From an uncultured bacterium (GTDB taxonomy: Bacteria > Bacillota_I > Bacilli_A > RFN20 > CAG-826): 64,000 nucleotides of DNA. Below the pieces are notes generated by a model. It made no database searches. It was not told the DNA's origin and saw only the letters and a program-made list of their open reading frames with translations. A program made the translations under genes and the position numbers. Below are positions 62,337 through 64,000 of this stretch, piece after piece (the stretch's first letter is position 1; each line of letters starts with the position of its first letter). The stretch covers positions 39,495 to 103,494 of the forward strand of contig CASEVI010000004.1 in the NCBI GenBank assembly GCA_949291375.1, given 5' to 3'.

Positions 62337-64000
62337 TTAAATTAATGGTTTAGGAAAACCATTTACATATTCCCAATCATCGCAATAATAAACTTTTTGA
62401 TTTGCATTTTCTCGATTAAAAAAAGTTAAACTACTATTAGGAGGTAACTTTTCACATTCAAAATAAACAGAACTATTTTCACAATTAACTATCGATTGTC
62501 TTTGCAATCCTTTAGCACCATTTAAAAAGATAATTCCTTTTAACATTGGATTATTAAAAATTCCATCTTCGCTTAAAAATTCTAAAGTAGAAGGTAAAAC
62601 AATATATTCACATTCATCAAAAATAAAATTTATTGCGAGTTTTAATATTTTTTTAACTCCTTCTTTAATATGAACGATTTGATTTAATGAAGAATTTTTT
62701 AAAGAATAAAGAATCTTTCCATCTTTTGAATATAAAGAGCCGTCAATTTCTTTAAAATACTCATTATCTTCATCAACTTTATAACCGCCGAAATGATAGC
62801 AAGAAATAATAGGAGAATTATTAATTTTATTTATATTTTTTGGTATATAAAATTCTTTTAAATTATTCGAACCACAAATTACTCTTTCTTTTAATTCGGT
62901 TATTATATTGTTTAAATGTAGTTTTTCGAGATTATAGCAATCCATAATTGCTAAAGTTTCAATATTTTTAACACTATCTGGTAAATAAATTTCTTTTAAA
63001 TTATTGTTTCCTACAAAAGCATGAGTTTTTATAGTTTCAATTCCTTCAGGAACATAATAAATTGAAACTTCTTCTCTTTTTTCTAAACAAAGTATTAAAT
63101 TTTTACCATCATTAGAGCAAATGGAATTATTAATAAAAGTAAAATTTTCATTACCGTTAGGGAAAACTACTTCTTTTAAATTTGGATTTGTATGAAAAGC
63201 TTCCTCATCTATTCTTACTAGTGTTGAAGGCAATGATAAATATTCTAAATTTGAACATACTCCGAAAGCATTTTTTCCAATTTCAACTAAACCTTCTTCA
63301 ATAATAATCTTTTTACATGATAAAAATGATGAATTTGAGCTATGTTCAATTTTTTTGACCATATAAGAACCTACTTTTCCTGGAATTGTTATTGTTTCGT
63401 CATCTTTTTTAAATCCACTAATAGTTATTTCTTTTTTCGATGAAATACGGAAATAAAACTTTTTAGCTAACTCATCTAAAGCTTCTTGATCTATTTTATC
63501 TTCTTCACTATCCTCATCGTCTTCTAAAGGTTTATCATCTTCATCTATGCTTGGTTTATCATCGATTGATGGTTTATTATTATCGTTATTATTATCATTT
63601 TCTTCTTTATCACCGCTTGGATTAGATGGATTTTTGTTATCTTCTTCATCATTATTCATATCATCATTAATTTGACTATTATTAGAAGAAGATAAAATTA
63701 ATGGTAAAGAAATTGAACTAGTTAAAACAAAAATAAAAAGTAAAAGAATAACTGATAAAACTTTTTTATTTTTAAATATATCTTTAAAATCGTTTTTACT
63801 TATTTTAAATTCTTCGATTCTTTTTTTATTATTTATTTTATTTTCTTTATCTTTAATATATAAATTTTCTTCAGTTTCATCATATCCATAATAAAATGTT
63901 AGATAATCGAGATTATATAAATCAGCAATCACTTTAAATTCTTCAATAGTAGGTAATGAACCGTTTCTTTCAAAAGAAGATAATCTATTTTTATTAATAT
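62337..64000 (-). CDS. Paralog of the preceding gene with the same HTH_XRE - TM - acidic stalk - BspA-type LRR architecture. It is 5'-truncated by the window edge.
   Basis: I translated through 64000. The frame continues upstream of the track's ATG at 63932 (...NKNRLSSFERNGSLPTIEEFKVIADLYNLDY...), which is an HTH_XRE-like segment. The TM helix is VLSVILLLFIFVLTSSISLPLIL. The ectodomain has the same repeat type. Confidence 0.65.
   Translation of the reverse strand, partial: INKNRLSSFERNGSLPTIEEFKVIADLYNLDYLTFYYGYDETEENLYIKDKENKINNKKRIEEFKISKNDFKDIFKNKKVLSVILLLFIFVLTSSISLPLILSSSNNSQINDDMNNDEEDNKNPSNPSGDKEENDNNNDNNKPSIDDKPSIDEDDKPLEDDEDSEEDKIDQEALDELAKKFYFRISSKKEITISGFKKDDETITIPGKVGSYMVKKIEHSSNSSFLSCKKIIIEEGLVEIGKNAFGVCSNLEYLSLPSTLVRIDEEAFHTNPNLKEVVFPNGNENFTFINNSICSNDGKNLILCLEKREEVSIYYVPEGIETIKTHAFVGNNNLKEIYLPDSVKNIETLAIMDCYNLEKLHLNNIITELKERVICGSNNLKEFYIPKNINKINNSPIISCYHFGGYKVDEDNEYFKEIDGSLYSKDGKILYSLKNSSLNQIVHIKEGVKKILKLAINFIFDECEYIVLPSTLEFLSEDGIFNNPMLKGIIFLNGAKGLQRQSIVNCENSSVYFECEKLPPNSSLTFFNRENANQKVYYCDDWEYVNGFPKPLI

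Noticed and set aside
62154-62345. 63-aa plus-strand ORF across the junction of the two HTH-LRR genes.
   Set aside because: It is antisense to the HTH domain coding region of a well-supported gene.
1-64000. CRISPR arrays, rRNA or tRNA genes, IS elements.
   Set aside because: I saw no arrays of regularly spaced direct repeats, and no GC-rich tRNA/rRNA-like islands. The only GC-rich patch is 41393-41420, which lacks tRNA arm structure. I saw no transposase-like ORFs in the window.

Overview
This window is AT-rich (roughly 27-28% GC by eye) and uses the standard genetic code; full-length tRNA synthetase ORFs show TGA is a stop. It looks like a low-GC Firmicutes/Mollicutes-type chromosome (Acholeplasma- or Erysipelotrichia-like; the taxon is an inference). 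Almost every gene is on the minus strand and coding is dense.

Positions 1-40.8 kb are housekeeping genes with Bacillus-like synteny. In order they are: the tail of an ABC permease, a substrate-binding lipoprotein, deoB, xerD, dinB, xseB, xseA, nusB, an Asp23-family gene, tkt, aspS, hisS, rel, recJ, secDF, ruvB, ruvA, obg, rpmA, prp, rplU, a small membrane protein, valS, engB, lon, tig, a hypothetical gene, uvrC, mutS2, rnhC on the plus strand, rluD, lspA, and ileS with a T-box leader.

Positions 41.0-42.4 kb are an unusual ~1.3 kb non-coding AT-rich gap. It contains several rho-independent terminators, cre/cre-like palindromes, and a 49-aa small ORF with a strong Shine-Dalgarno sequence that the ORF track does not list.

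Positions 42.4-57.4 kb are a maltodextrin utilisation locus. It encodes a MalE-like lipoprotein, MalF, MalG, a GH13 amylase lipoprotein, an 848-aa MalK-like ATPase with a long C-terminal extension, two hypothetical lipoproteins, a cytoplasmic GDSL esterase, two diverged GH77 4-alpha-glucanotransferases, and a cytoplasmic GH13 enzyme on the plus strand. A perfect cre site overlaps the start of one malQ paralog.

Positions 57.9-64.0 kb hold ftsZ and ftsA. Directly upstream are two tandem paralogous genes with an unusual architecture: XRE-type HTH domain(s), one transmembrane helix, an acidic stalk and a BspA-type leucine-rich-repeat ectodomain.

I found no rRNA, tRNA, CRISPR array, transposase or prophage genes.
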